Source: Bacillota bacterium (GTDB lineage: Bacteria > Bacillota > Clostridia > Christensenellales > CAG-138). Taken from it: a stretch of DNA of 29,817 nt. A model generated the notes under the pieces. The model did no database searches. It worked only from the letters and a program-made list of their open reading frames with translations, and was not told the origin of the DNA. Below are positions 1 to 7,596 of this stretch, in pieces; positions within the stretch are counted from its first letter, which is position 1; each line of letters begins with the position of its first letter. The stretch covers positions 1 to 29,817 of the forward strand of contig JAEZIE010000164.1 of the NCBI GenBank assembly GCA_023416175.1, written 5' to 3'. The position numbers were made by a program, and so were the translations under genes.

Positions 1-672
1 ATAGTACAGAACATTGACGAAATTGGCAGCTTCTTAAAAGCCCGTCAACCCAATACGGTGTTCCATGTGGACGCCACGCAGGCGGTTGGAAAAATACCGG
101 TCTCATTGGCGCAGGCGGACCTTGTCAGCTTCGCGCCGCACAAATTCTACGGCCTAAATGGGATCGGCGCGCTCGTAAAGCGTCCCGATCTGTTGCTGGA
201 ATCACAGATGCACGGCGGGCTTAGCACCACGCCTTACCGCAGCGGCTCGCCTGCGCTTGCGCTGATTGTCTCCTTGGAAGAGGCGCTTTGGCTCGCTTGC
301 GAGGAAATGGAGCAAAACATAGAAAGAGCGCATACCCAGAATACGCTTCTGCGCATGCAGTTACAGAAATATCCGGATGTTATCATCAATAGCCCTAAAA
401 ATGCGCTGCCCTTTATCTTAAACGTCAGCGTTCCGGGGCGGGATGCTACGCGGTTTATAGAGGCGCTGGAGCAGAAGGGCTTTACTCTCTCGGGCAAGTC
501 CGCCTGCACGGCGCCCAAATCGGTTTCCCGGCCCGTGTTTGCGCTGACGAAAGATCGTAAGCTTGCGCTTTCCACACTGCGCATCAGTATCGGCCGATCG
601 ACTGAGGACGAGGATATCAATGGGTTCCTTGCGGCGTTTGACGCCTGCTATCGGGAAATTGGGAGGAAATAA
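1..672 (+). CDS. Cysteine desulfurase (IscS/NifS family), 5'-truncated by the window edge
   Basis: Frame is open from base 1 (IVQNIDEIGSFLK...). It has HVDATQAVGK, the PLP-lysine motif SFAPHKFYG, the active-site Cys in SGKSACT, and the C-terminal LRISIGR. Confidence 0.92.
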   Translation: MVQNIDEIGSFLKARQPNTVFHVDATQAVGKIPVSLAQADLVSFAPHKFYGLNGIGALVKRPDLLLESQMHGGLSTTPYRSGSPALALIVSLEEALWLACEEMEQNIERAHTQNTLLRMQLQKYPDVIINSPKNALPFILNVSVPGRDATRFIEALEQKGFTLSGKSACTAPKSVSRPVFALTKDRKLALSTLRISIGRSTEDEDINGFLAAFDACYREIGRK

Positions 673-1523
673 TGGACAGGCTGCAGGAAATTGAACGGAG
701 CATTATTAAAAAATTCCGCAAGGAAATCTGGCGTAATTTCGCGCTTGCCGTGGGTCGCTACAAGTTGATACAGGAAAACGATAAAATTGCTGTGTGCATT
801 TCAGGTGGCAAGGATTCGATGCTGATGGCAAAATGCATGCAGGAGATTCAGCGCCACGGACCGGTGCCGTTTGAGCTCGAGTATCTTGTCATGGACCCCG
901 GGTATAACAGGGAGAACAGGCGGCGCGTGGAGGACAATGCCGCGATACTTGGTCTTCCCATTCGCGTATTTGAAACGGACATCTTTGATATCGTGGCCGA
1001 TGAAGATAAATCCCCATGCTACCTTTGCGCGAGGATGCGGCGCGGCGCGCTGTACAGCCGCGCGGAGGCTTTAGGCTGCAACAAGATCGCGCTAGGACAT
1101 CATTTCGACGACGTTATCGAAACCATACTTATGAGCATGCTCTATGGCGGGCAGGTACGAACCATGATGCCCAAGCTGCACAGCACGAATTACCCAGGAA
1201 TGCAATTGATACGGCCCATGTACCTTGTCAAGGAGGAAGATATCCGCCACTGGTGCAGGTACAACGAACTGTCGTTTATCCAGTGCGCCTGCCGGTTTAC
1301 GGAAAATTGCGTATTGGGGGACAATGGCGGCGGCGGGAAGCGGCAGGAAATGAAGGAACTGATCAAAGGCTTCCGAAAAATTAACCCGAAAATTGAGCAG
1401 AATATATTCGCAAGCGTGGAAAAAATCAATCTGGCCACCGTTATCAGCTACCGGGATGAAGACGGCATCCACAGCTTTTTGGACGATTACGATACCCGAA
1501 CGGGCGGGGAGGATATGGAGTAA
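672..1523 (+). CDS. ttcA: tRNA 2-thiocytidine biosynthesis protein, TtcA family
   Basis: PP-loop SGGKDS, CYLCARMRRG, LGHHFDD, IRPM and a second Cys cluster (CACRF). The ATG overlaps the upstream stop (TAATG). Confidence 0.88.
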   Translation: MDRLQEIERSIIKKFRKEIWRNFALAVGRYKLIQENDKIAVCISGGKDSMLMAKCMQEIQRHGPVPFELEYLVMDPGYNRENRRRVEDNAAILGLPIRVFETDIFDIVADEDKSPCYLCARMRRGALYSRAEALGCNKIALGHHFDDVIETILMSMLYGGQVRTMMPKLHSTNYPGMQLIRPMYLVKEEDIRHWCRYNELSFIQCACRFTENCVLGDNGGGGKRQEMKELIKGFRKINPKIEQNIFASVEKINLATVISYRDEDGIHSFLDDYDTRTGGEDME

Positions 1524-1529
1524 TTGCAT

Positions 1530-1567
1530 AAAAAGGGCGCAACCGTAACGGCTGCGCCCCTTCTTTC
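1530..1567. terminator. Bidirectional intrinsic terminator
   Basis: Hairpin GGGCGCAACCG-TAA-CGGCTGCGCCC with an A-run on the left and TTCTTT on the right, between convergent genes. Confidence 0.8.
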
Positions 1568-1576
1568 ATACAAAGA

Positions 1577-2200
1577 CTATTCTACCTTGAATGTCATCGA
1601 CTTCTGAAATTCCCCGTTGAGTGAAATATCCACGCGATAACTGCCCACCGGGAACCCTGTATCGGGCATTGTAAGGTGAAAGGCCAGGTACTGGCTGGCT
1701 TGAGTTGTCAAAAGCTCCGCTGTGCCGATTTCATAAGACTCGTCCTCATAGACCCATTTTGCAGTGACTAGCGTATCTTCCGGCGCATTTTTTACCAACA
1801 TCGTTGCGTATACAATGGGCGCATCCGTTGAAAAAACGTCAGCTTTTACCGTGGGAGTGAGCAGGACGGGATCCACTTCGGCCGCCATTGCATACTCGCT
1901 CAGGTTGGCTGTAGAAAAGCTGACCTCGCCGCCATTAAGCGCCAAAATTGCGATCAGCCCTCCAATCAGTACTACTATCACAAGCAGCACAACGAGCCAG
2001 CCTCGTTTCTTTTTGGGCGCCGCCTCGGGCCTATGAGATGGAATGGGTTGACCGGCTGGAACGCCATATGAACCTGTTGATTGAACGGGTGGGTTGTAGG
2101 CTGAAGAAAGCAGAGATGTCCCACAGGAAGCGCAAAAATGGCTTTCTGTTGTAACGGGTGATCCGCAACTTGGGCAAAATTTCGGGGTTGTATCCGACAT
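1577..2200 (-). CDS. Zinc-ribbon-domain single-pass membrane protein, function unknown
   Basis: N-terminal CPSCG...CASCG, Pro-rich linker, KKKR followed by a hydrophobic TM helix, and a beta-rich C-terminal domain. GAGGTG RBS upstream. Confidence 0.8.
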   Translation of the reverse strand: MSDTTPKFCPSCGSPVTTESHFCASCGTSLLSSAYNPPVQSTGSYGVPAGQPIPSHRPEAAPKKKRGWLVVLLVIVVLIGGLIAILALNGGEVSFSTANLSEYAMAAEVDPVLLTPTVKADVFSTDAPIVYATMLVKNAPEDTLVTAKWVYEDESYEIGTAELLTTQASQYLAFHLTMPDTGFPVGSYRVDISLNGEFQKSMTFKVE

Positions 2201-2289
2201 ATAGTCTCACCTCTCAAACATTGTAATTTCTCAGATACCTATTCATAAGCTTGTTTCGCATGTTGAAGCGACAGAATGAAACATGAATG

Positions 2290-2318
2290 AAAAAGCGCCC
2301 TGCTTTTGGGCAGGGCGC
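2290..2318 (-). terminator. Intrinsic terminator of the VanW-domain gene
   Basis: Hairpin GCGCCCTGC-TTTTGG-GCAGGGCGC preceded by AAAAA on + (U-tail on minus), about 16 nt past the stop. Confidence 0.75.
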
Positions 2319-2334
2319 AGTCATGTTTGGTATT

Positions 2335-3864
2335 TTAGGTGCTCGGTCCCACAATTGTTTCCCCCGCGTAAGCCCGGTACTTGGTTTTCGCGACAGATAC
2401 GGTCTTCACTTCCACGCCGTCTTTGAGGTAGGTGGCGTAGGATTGCCAGATGGAGCCGGATTTACGCGCCACGTAAACCTCTTTGTAGCCTGCGGGCTTG
2501 GTGGGATCAACGATATACTTCATGGAGCCGGAAGGGGAAACTCCTTCGATCCGCTTGGAGGAAAGCCGGATCTCATCGTACTCTTCCGGGAAGGGCGCGC
2601 CGTAAATTTCAAAATGCACGGTCTTATCGCTGTCATCTACCCAAGAGAACAGGTAAATGGGCGCATTTGTGTTGTTTTTCCACTCAAAGTCAATACGACC
2701 GCTGTCTATCGTGGCGTCAAGGCCGCCATCCACATACGTAAGCCGCCCCGAATGGCCCTGCCGATAAACGATTTCAAGATCAGACTTCAATACGCTCAAA
2801 TACATGGTGGTGGAAACCTGGCATACGCCGCCTCCAGCCTGGTCCTCTGAGCGACCCTGCACGATGGCGGGCGCCGGCTTCCATCCGCCGCCATAAGTGC
2901 GGTGGCCCAGCGTATCATTGGTGGAAAAAACTTCGCCCGGCTGCAATACCGTTCCGTTGATGAGCCCGACTGCCTTCTTGATGTTAAACACCCGCGTACC
3001 GCGGTTGTAGGGGGATTTATTAAAGGAAGTGTACGAGCTTCCGCGCAGCACCACCTGCTCCTGGATATCCGCGAGCGTCACTTTTGCTTTGATGGCTTCC
3101 ACCGGAATATTCATATCCTCGTAGCTGCCGCTTTGCGCCATGGAAAGCAGGGCCTGTGCGAGCGACGCCTGGTCCACACGCAGGCCGTCCTGCTCCGGCT
3201 CATAACGGAAGCGCTGCTCGGGCCTTGTGGCTGCGGCGGATAGAACATAATCGCTCGTTTTCTTTTCATCCTCCGTCACGGAGGACTTGTCGATCAATAC
3301 GCGGAAATGCGCGTCCACCGCCGGAGTATCAAACTCTTTTGCTAGGGATGCGACAAAATCCTCAACAGCTGTTTTGTCCGGCGTAGGTACTGTACGATAG
3401 TAACGCTTATTCGCGCTGACATCGATTAGTTCCGCTTGCAGTTCCTTAAGGGTTCCCGTGCGGGCAAGGGAAAACGCTTCTTCCAGTACGGCCTCGGTAT
3501 CATATGTAAAAGCAAATGCGGAGGCATCTACGGGATAATTCTTGCTGTTGTATGTCAGCTGGAAAGAGATCGCGTCCTGCCGCTCCCGCTGTGCCTGCTC
3601 CACAGCGGCGCGGGCTTCTTCTATTGTCATGCCGCCCACGGGAACATGGTCTAGGATAACCCCATCCCGGAACACCTCGGCGTTGATGATTGTAAGGCGC
3701 GTTGCTTCATCCCGCTGCAGCTTCTGGGAATAGAGCACGCCTGCAAGGAGCGTAAGCATCACAAATGCAACGGAAGCAATCCAAACGGTACGTTTCTTCG
3801 TTATGGGTTTTGGCTCAGCCGGAACTTCTGTTGTGCTAATATCGGGAATGGGGGTTTCTTCCAT
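2335..3864 (-). CDS. VanW-domain membrane-anchored protein (peptidoglycan-binding region, VanW, G5-like C-terminus)
   Basis: N-terminal TM; VanW motifs INGTVLQPGEVFS, GGGVCQVSTT, H-S and G-DATI. Start moved to 3864 (MEETP) because an AAGGAG RBS precedes it. Confidence 0.88.
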   Translation of the reverse strand: MEETPIPDISTTEVPAEPKPITKKRTVWIASVAFVMLTLLAGVLYSQKLQRDEATRLTIINAEVFRDGVILDHVPVGGMTIEEARAAVEQAQRERQDAISFQLTYNSKNYPVDASAFAFTYDTEAVLEEAFSLARTGTLKELQAELIDVSANKRYYRTVPTPDKTAVEDFVASLAKEFDTPAVDAHFRVLIDKSSVTEDEKKTSDYVLSAAATRPEQRFRYEPEQDGLRVDQASLAQALLSMAQSGSYEDMNIPVEAIKAKVTLADIQEQVVLRGSSYTSFNKSPYNRGTRVFNIKKAVGLINGTVLQPGEVFSTNDTLGHRTYGGGWKPAPAIVQGRSEDQAGGGVCQVSTTMYLSVLKSDLEIVYRQGHSGRLTYVDGGLDATIDSGRIDFEWKNNTNAPIYLFSWVDDSDKTVHFEIYGAPFPEEYDEIRLSSKRIEGVSPSGSMKYIVDPTKPAGYKEVYVARKSGSIWQSYATYLKDGVEVKTVSVAKTKYRAYAGETIVGPST

Positions 3865-3929
3865 GCTGGCTCCTTTCAGGTGTGAAACATACAGATCCAC
3901 AATTTATATGTATTGTGATATCTAGCCTA

Positions 3930-3959
3930 ATTATACTGTCAGGGGATATCGCGTGTAAA
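3930..3959 (-). promoter_or_regulatory. SigA-type promoter of the VanW gene
   Basis: Minus strand TTTACA-N18-TATAAT. Confidence 0.65.
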
Positions 3960-4033
3960 CACGAACGAAACATTTCCAGCTCTTTCCCATGTGTTTAGGT
4001 ATACCAACGTATGAGGGGAGGCTCGGCGGCAGG

Positions 4034-4062
4034 TTGACGGTGCCAGTTCCGGGCAGTACAAT
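4034..4062 (+). promoter_or_regulatory. SigA-type promoter of nadE
   Basis: TTGACG-N17-TACAAT. Confidence 0.75.
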
Positions 4063-4064
4063 AC

Positions 4065-4085
4065 TGATAGTAAAATACACCAAGG
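4065..4085 (+). promoter_or_regulatory. Candidate NrtR operator
   Basis: 21-mer TGATAGT-AAAATAC-ACCAAGG with a GT-N7-AC core, overlapping the predicted nadE transcription start. Confidence 0.5.
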
Positions 4086-4144
4086 TTGGGTAATCTAAGC
4101 GCTGGCGGCTTAATACCGCCTTAGGCGGACAAGCGGGAGGTACT

Positions 4145-6070
4145 ATGAGGCACGGGTTTGTCAAGGTGGCGGCGGGGACTCCGAAAATTCGCGTGGGAGA
4201 CTGCGCATACAATGCCGCGCGCATCCGGGAAATCATGGACAACGCGGCCCAAAGAGGCGTATGCGTGCTGTTGCTGCCGGAATTATGCCTGACAGGGTAT
4301 ACCTGCTCGGATCTGTTTTTGCATGACGCGCTGCTCGATGCTGCGGAAAATACGCTGTTATCCTTAAAGGAGCAGAGCAAGGGCAAACAGATGCTCACAG
4401 TTCTCGGCGTTCCGCTGCGTTATGAGGGCAAGCTCTATAACTGCGCCGCTATACTATATAACGGACAAATACTGGGTGTGGTGCCAAAAACGAATATACC
4501 AAATTATGGTGAGTTTTATGAGCTGAGGCAGTTCACCCCGGCTCCCCGCAGGCAAAGCGAAATCGTATTGGGTGAAGAGCGCATACCCTTTGGCACAAGA
4601 CAATTGTTCCGCTGCAGTACGCTTCGGGAGCTTTGCGTGGGTGTGGAGATCTGTGAGGACCTTTGGGTCCCAAGCCCACCATCCAACACACTTGCAAACG
4701 AAGGAGCCACGGTCATCCTTAACCCTTCAGCCAGCGATGAAATCATCGGCAAGGACGCGTACAGAAGGCTTCTTTTAAAAAGCCAGAGCGCAAGACTGTG
4801 CTGCGCATATCTGTACGCGGATGCAGGAGATGGGGAATCGACCACCGATATGGTGTTTGCCGGGCATAACCTGATTGCCGAAAACGGGACAATACTCAAA
4901 GAGACCGAACCCTTTGCCGAAGAAATGGCTTATATCGAAACGGAAATCGACTGCAAGCGCCTAATGCATGAGCGCCGCAGAATGACCACGTTTGGCCTGG
5001 AACCGCCTGAAGGGCATGTACCCTATGTGGTCACGGAGTTTTCTCTGCCCATCGTGGAAACGTCGCTCACACGCCAAATCTCGCCCACGCCGTTTATCCC
5101 TCAGGATCTACATGACCGAAACGAACGCTGCGAAGATATCCTGCGCATCCAGGCCCATGGGCTAAAAAAGCGCATCCAGCATACCAACTGCAAGACAGTG
5201 GTCATCGGCATATCCGGCGGGCTTGATTCGACGCTTGCGCTGCTTGTGGCCGTTCGGGCGATGGAGCTTGCGAAAAGGCCTGCTTCCGATATATTAGCCG
5301 TTACGATGCCCTGCTTTGGTACCACGGGCCGTACGCGCACCAATGCGGAGAAATTGTGCGATTGTCTGGGCATCCCTTGCAGGACGGTGGATATTACAGC
5401 GGCAGTCAAACAGCATTTTAAAGATATTGGGCATCCGGAGGATGTGTTCGACGTAACGTTTGAAAACGGACAAGCCCGAGAGCGCACCCAGGTACTCATG
5501 GATATTGCCAATCAAAGCGGAGGCATGGTGGTGGGCACCGGCGACCTTTCCGAGCTTGCGCTTGGCTGGGCGACATACAACGGGGATCATATGTCCATGT
5601 ATGGGGTGAATTCATCCGTTCCCAAATCCCTTATCCGCCATATCGTGCGCTACTTTGCGGATACCGCCAAATCATCGGCGCTCAAAGACGTGCTGATGGA
5701 TATTTTGGATACGCCGGTCAGCCCGGAGTTGCTGCCCGCAAATGGTGAGGAAATTACCCAGCAGACAGAGGAACTTGTAGGCCCCTACGCGCTGCACGAC
5801 TTTTTCCTGTATCATATGATCCGTTGGGGCGCTCAGCCCCAGAAGGTGCTTCGCATGGCGGTATACGCATTTTTCGGCACATATGACGAGGGGACCATCC
5901 GTCATTGGCTTACCGTGTTCTGTAAGCGTTTCTTCAGCCAGCAGTTCAAGCGTTCCTGCCTGCCGGACGGCCCCAAGGTCGGTTCCGTTACGCTATCTCC
6001 GCGCGGGGATTGGCGCATGCCCAGCGACGCCATGAATACCGTATGGTTGGATGAATTGCTCCAAACATGA
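4145..6070 (+). CDS. nadE: Glutamine-dependent NAD+ synthetase
   Basis: Nitrilase-like N-domain (PELCLTGY, PKT, EICEDLW) and synthetase domain (GISGGLDS, ENGQARER, GTGDLSE, SQQFKR). GGGAGG RBS. Confidence 0.96.
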   Translation: MRHGFVKVAAGTPKIRVGDCAYNAARIREIMDNAAQRGVCVLLLPELCLTGYTCSDLFLHDALLDAAENTLLSLKEQSKGKQMLTVLGVPLRYEGKLYNCAAILYNGQILGVVPKTNIPNYGEFYELRQFTPAPRRQSEIVLGEERIPFGTRQLFRCSTLRELCVGVEICEDLWVPSPPSNTLANEGATVILNPSASDEIIGKDAYRRLLLKSQSARLCCAYLYADAGDGESTTDMVFAGHNLIAENGTILKETEPFAEEMAYIETEIDCKRLMHERRRMTTFGLEPPEGHVPYVVTEFSLPIVETSLTRQISPTPFIPQDLHDRNERCEDILRIQAHGLKKRIQHTNCKTVVIGISGGLDSTLALLVAVRAMELAKRPASDILAVTMPCFGTTGRTRTNAEKLCDCLGIPCRTVDITAAVKQHFKDIGHPEDVFDVTFENGQARERTQVLMDIANQSGGMVVGTGDLSELALGWATYNGDHMSMYGVNSSVPKSLIRHIVRYFADTAKSSALKDVLMDILDTPVSPELLPANGEEITQQTEELVGPYALHDFFLYHMIRWGAQPQKVLRMAVYAFFGTYDEGTIRHWLTVFCKRFFSQQFKRSCLPDGPKVGSVTLSPRGDWRMPSDAMNTVWLDELLQT

Positions 6071-6087
6071 ACATATCTTCTTGGCCA

Positions 6088-6121
6088 CTCACAGGCTTTT
6101 CTGAACAGAAAGGCCTGTGAG
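6088..6121 (+). terminator. Long hairpin after nadE, probable terminator
   Basis: CTCACAGGCTTTTCTG-AA-CAGAAAGGCCTGTGAG followed by TTGTT. Confidence 0.6.
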
Positions 6122-6152
6122 TTGTTAAAAAGGGATCCACATATATTTTCTT

Positions 6153-6322
6153 AAGGTATCGCCGCCTCCGGCGGCGACGATAGATTATTTTATTTAATAG
6201 CGGGGGGCGTGCCCCCGCGCCCCCTGGGTACGGACGCCCTTCGCTCTTCAGGAAGGGGGCTGGGGAAACGCAGTTTCCCCAAAGCAAAAAATTATCGTCG
6301 GCGCTTAAAGCGCCGATACCTT
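6153..6322. repeat. Symmetric multi-hairpin element with 30-bp imperfect inverted arms (REPIN/MITE-like)
   Basis: 6153-6182 AAGGTATCGCCGCCTCCGGCGGCGACGATA versus the reverse complement of 6293-6322, AAGGTATCGGCGCTTTAAGCGCCGACGATA (24/30 identical). Each arm is itself a hairpin, and two further GC-rich hairpins lie inside. Confidence 0.75.
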
Positions 6323-6474
6323 GAAACTCTTAAGCAGGTTTATCAGCATCCTGAGGCTTTTCGTATAGGAAAGCCTGTTTTTGCGTAAGAAGAAGGATTT
6401 TTCAGATATGCGGGGTATAAATACAAGTAAGGAACCCGGATTTTTTCTTAAAGTAGGACGGGAGGAATACCGAT

Positions 6475-7494
6475 ATGGAAGAGAAGGATCTGTGCGGCGC
6501 AAAATATAGGCTGTTCACCCAACAAAGAGAGCACGAAACGCTCTCTCCTTACGCTGTGCTTTCCGAAAGCACTCGGGGTCGCGAAAAACCGCTCGACAGC
6601 TGCGATATCCGTACGGAATTCCAGCGGGACAGGGACCGCATTATCCACTGCAAATCCTTCCGCAGGCTCAAGCACAAAACGCAGGTGTTTCTTTCCCCGC
6701 AGGGGGATCATTACCGTACAAGGCTTACGCATACGCTGGAGGTTTCCCAGATCGCACGGACGATCTCCCGCGCCTTGCGGCTCAACGAGGATCTGACGGA
6801 AGCAATCGCGATGGGGCACGACCTAGGGCATACACCGTTCGGGCATGCGGGGGAAGAGGTATTAAATGAACTCGTCCCCGGTGGGTTTGAGCACAACATG
6901 CAGAGCCTGCGGGTGGTGGAGAAGTTGGAAAACGGCGTGGGGCTGAACCTGACGTACGAAGTAAGGGACGGAATCCTTCACCATAAAAAATCCGGGACGC
7001 CAGCAACACTCGAAGGCAAGGTTGTAAGCATTTCCGACCGCATTGCATACATCAACCACGATATTGACGACGCCGTTCGTGCCCATGTGATTTCATTGGA
7101 TGAGCTGCCAATAGATTGCGTCCGTGTCGCAGGGGCGACTCATGGCGCGCGCATTAACTCCATGATCGTAGATGTGGTGGAGCAAAGCTTTATGCAGCCG
7201 CAGGTGCGCATGTCTGCGGAAATGGAGCAGGCGTTTGAGCAATTGCGTGATTTCATGTTTTCGCATGTGTATCTCAACCTCTCTGCAAAGCGGGAGGAAA
7301 GCAAGGCCAAGCATGTGGTGCGCTCGCTGTTTGCATACTATATGGAGCATATGGAGCAGTTGCCGGCGGAGTTTTTATTAAATGCAGAGGTGGATGGCAA
7401 CGAGCGCGTCGTAGCGGACTGGATTGCCTGCATGACGGACCGATATGCCATCAACGTATACAAGCGCCTGTTTGTGCCGGAAGAATGGAATTAA
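6475..7494 (+). CDS. dgt: Deoxyguanosinetriphosphate triphosphohydrolase-like HD protein
   Basis: FQRDRDRIIH, FRRLKHKTQVF, RTRLTHTLEV, GHDLGHTPFGHAGE and DRIAYINHDIDDA. Usual position upstream of dnaG. Confidence 0.94.
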   Translation: MEEKDLCGAKYRLFTQQREHETLSPYAVLSESTRGREKPLDSCDIRTEFQRDRDRIIHCKSFRRLKHKTQVFLSPQGDHYRTRLTHTLEVSQIARTISRALRLNEDLTEAIAMGHDLGHTPFGHAGEEVLNELVPGGFEHNMQSLRVVEKLENGVGLNLTYEVRDGILHHKKSGTPATLEGKVVSISDRIAYINHDIDDAVRAHVISLDELPIDCVRVAGATHGARINSMIVDVVEQSFMQPQVRMSAEMEQAFEQLRDFMFSHVYLNLSAKREESKAKHVVRSLFAYYMEHMEQLPAEFLLNAEVDGNERVVADWIACMTDRYAINVYKRLFVPEEWN

Positions 7495-7514
7495 CATTTA
7501 TTTTTATTTTCTTG

Positions 7515-7541
7515 GCAGGAATACGTACAAATGTACCGAAT
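7515..7541 (+). promoter_or_regulatory. SigH-type promoter upstream of dnaG-sigA
   Basis: GCAGGAATA-N11-ACCGAAT matches RNAGGAWWW-N11/12-RNNGAAT. SigH promoters are known for the B. subtilis sigA operon. Confidence 0.65.
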
Positions 7542-7596
7542 ATATTAGGGCGTTGCCCGGAATGGATGCTCGTTACACAGAAAGGAAGGGGGAAAA

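Noticed and set aside
6088..6383. CRISPR array or autonomous IS in the nadE-dgt gap
   Set aside because: The main repeats are inverted and only paired, with no regular spacers, cas genes or transposase ORF.
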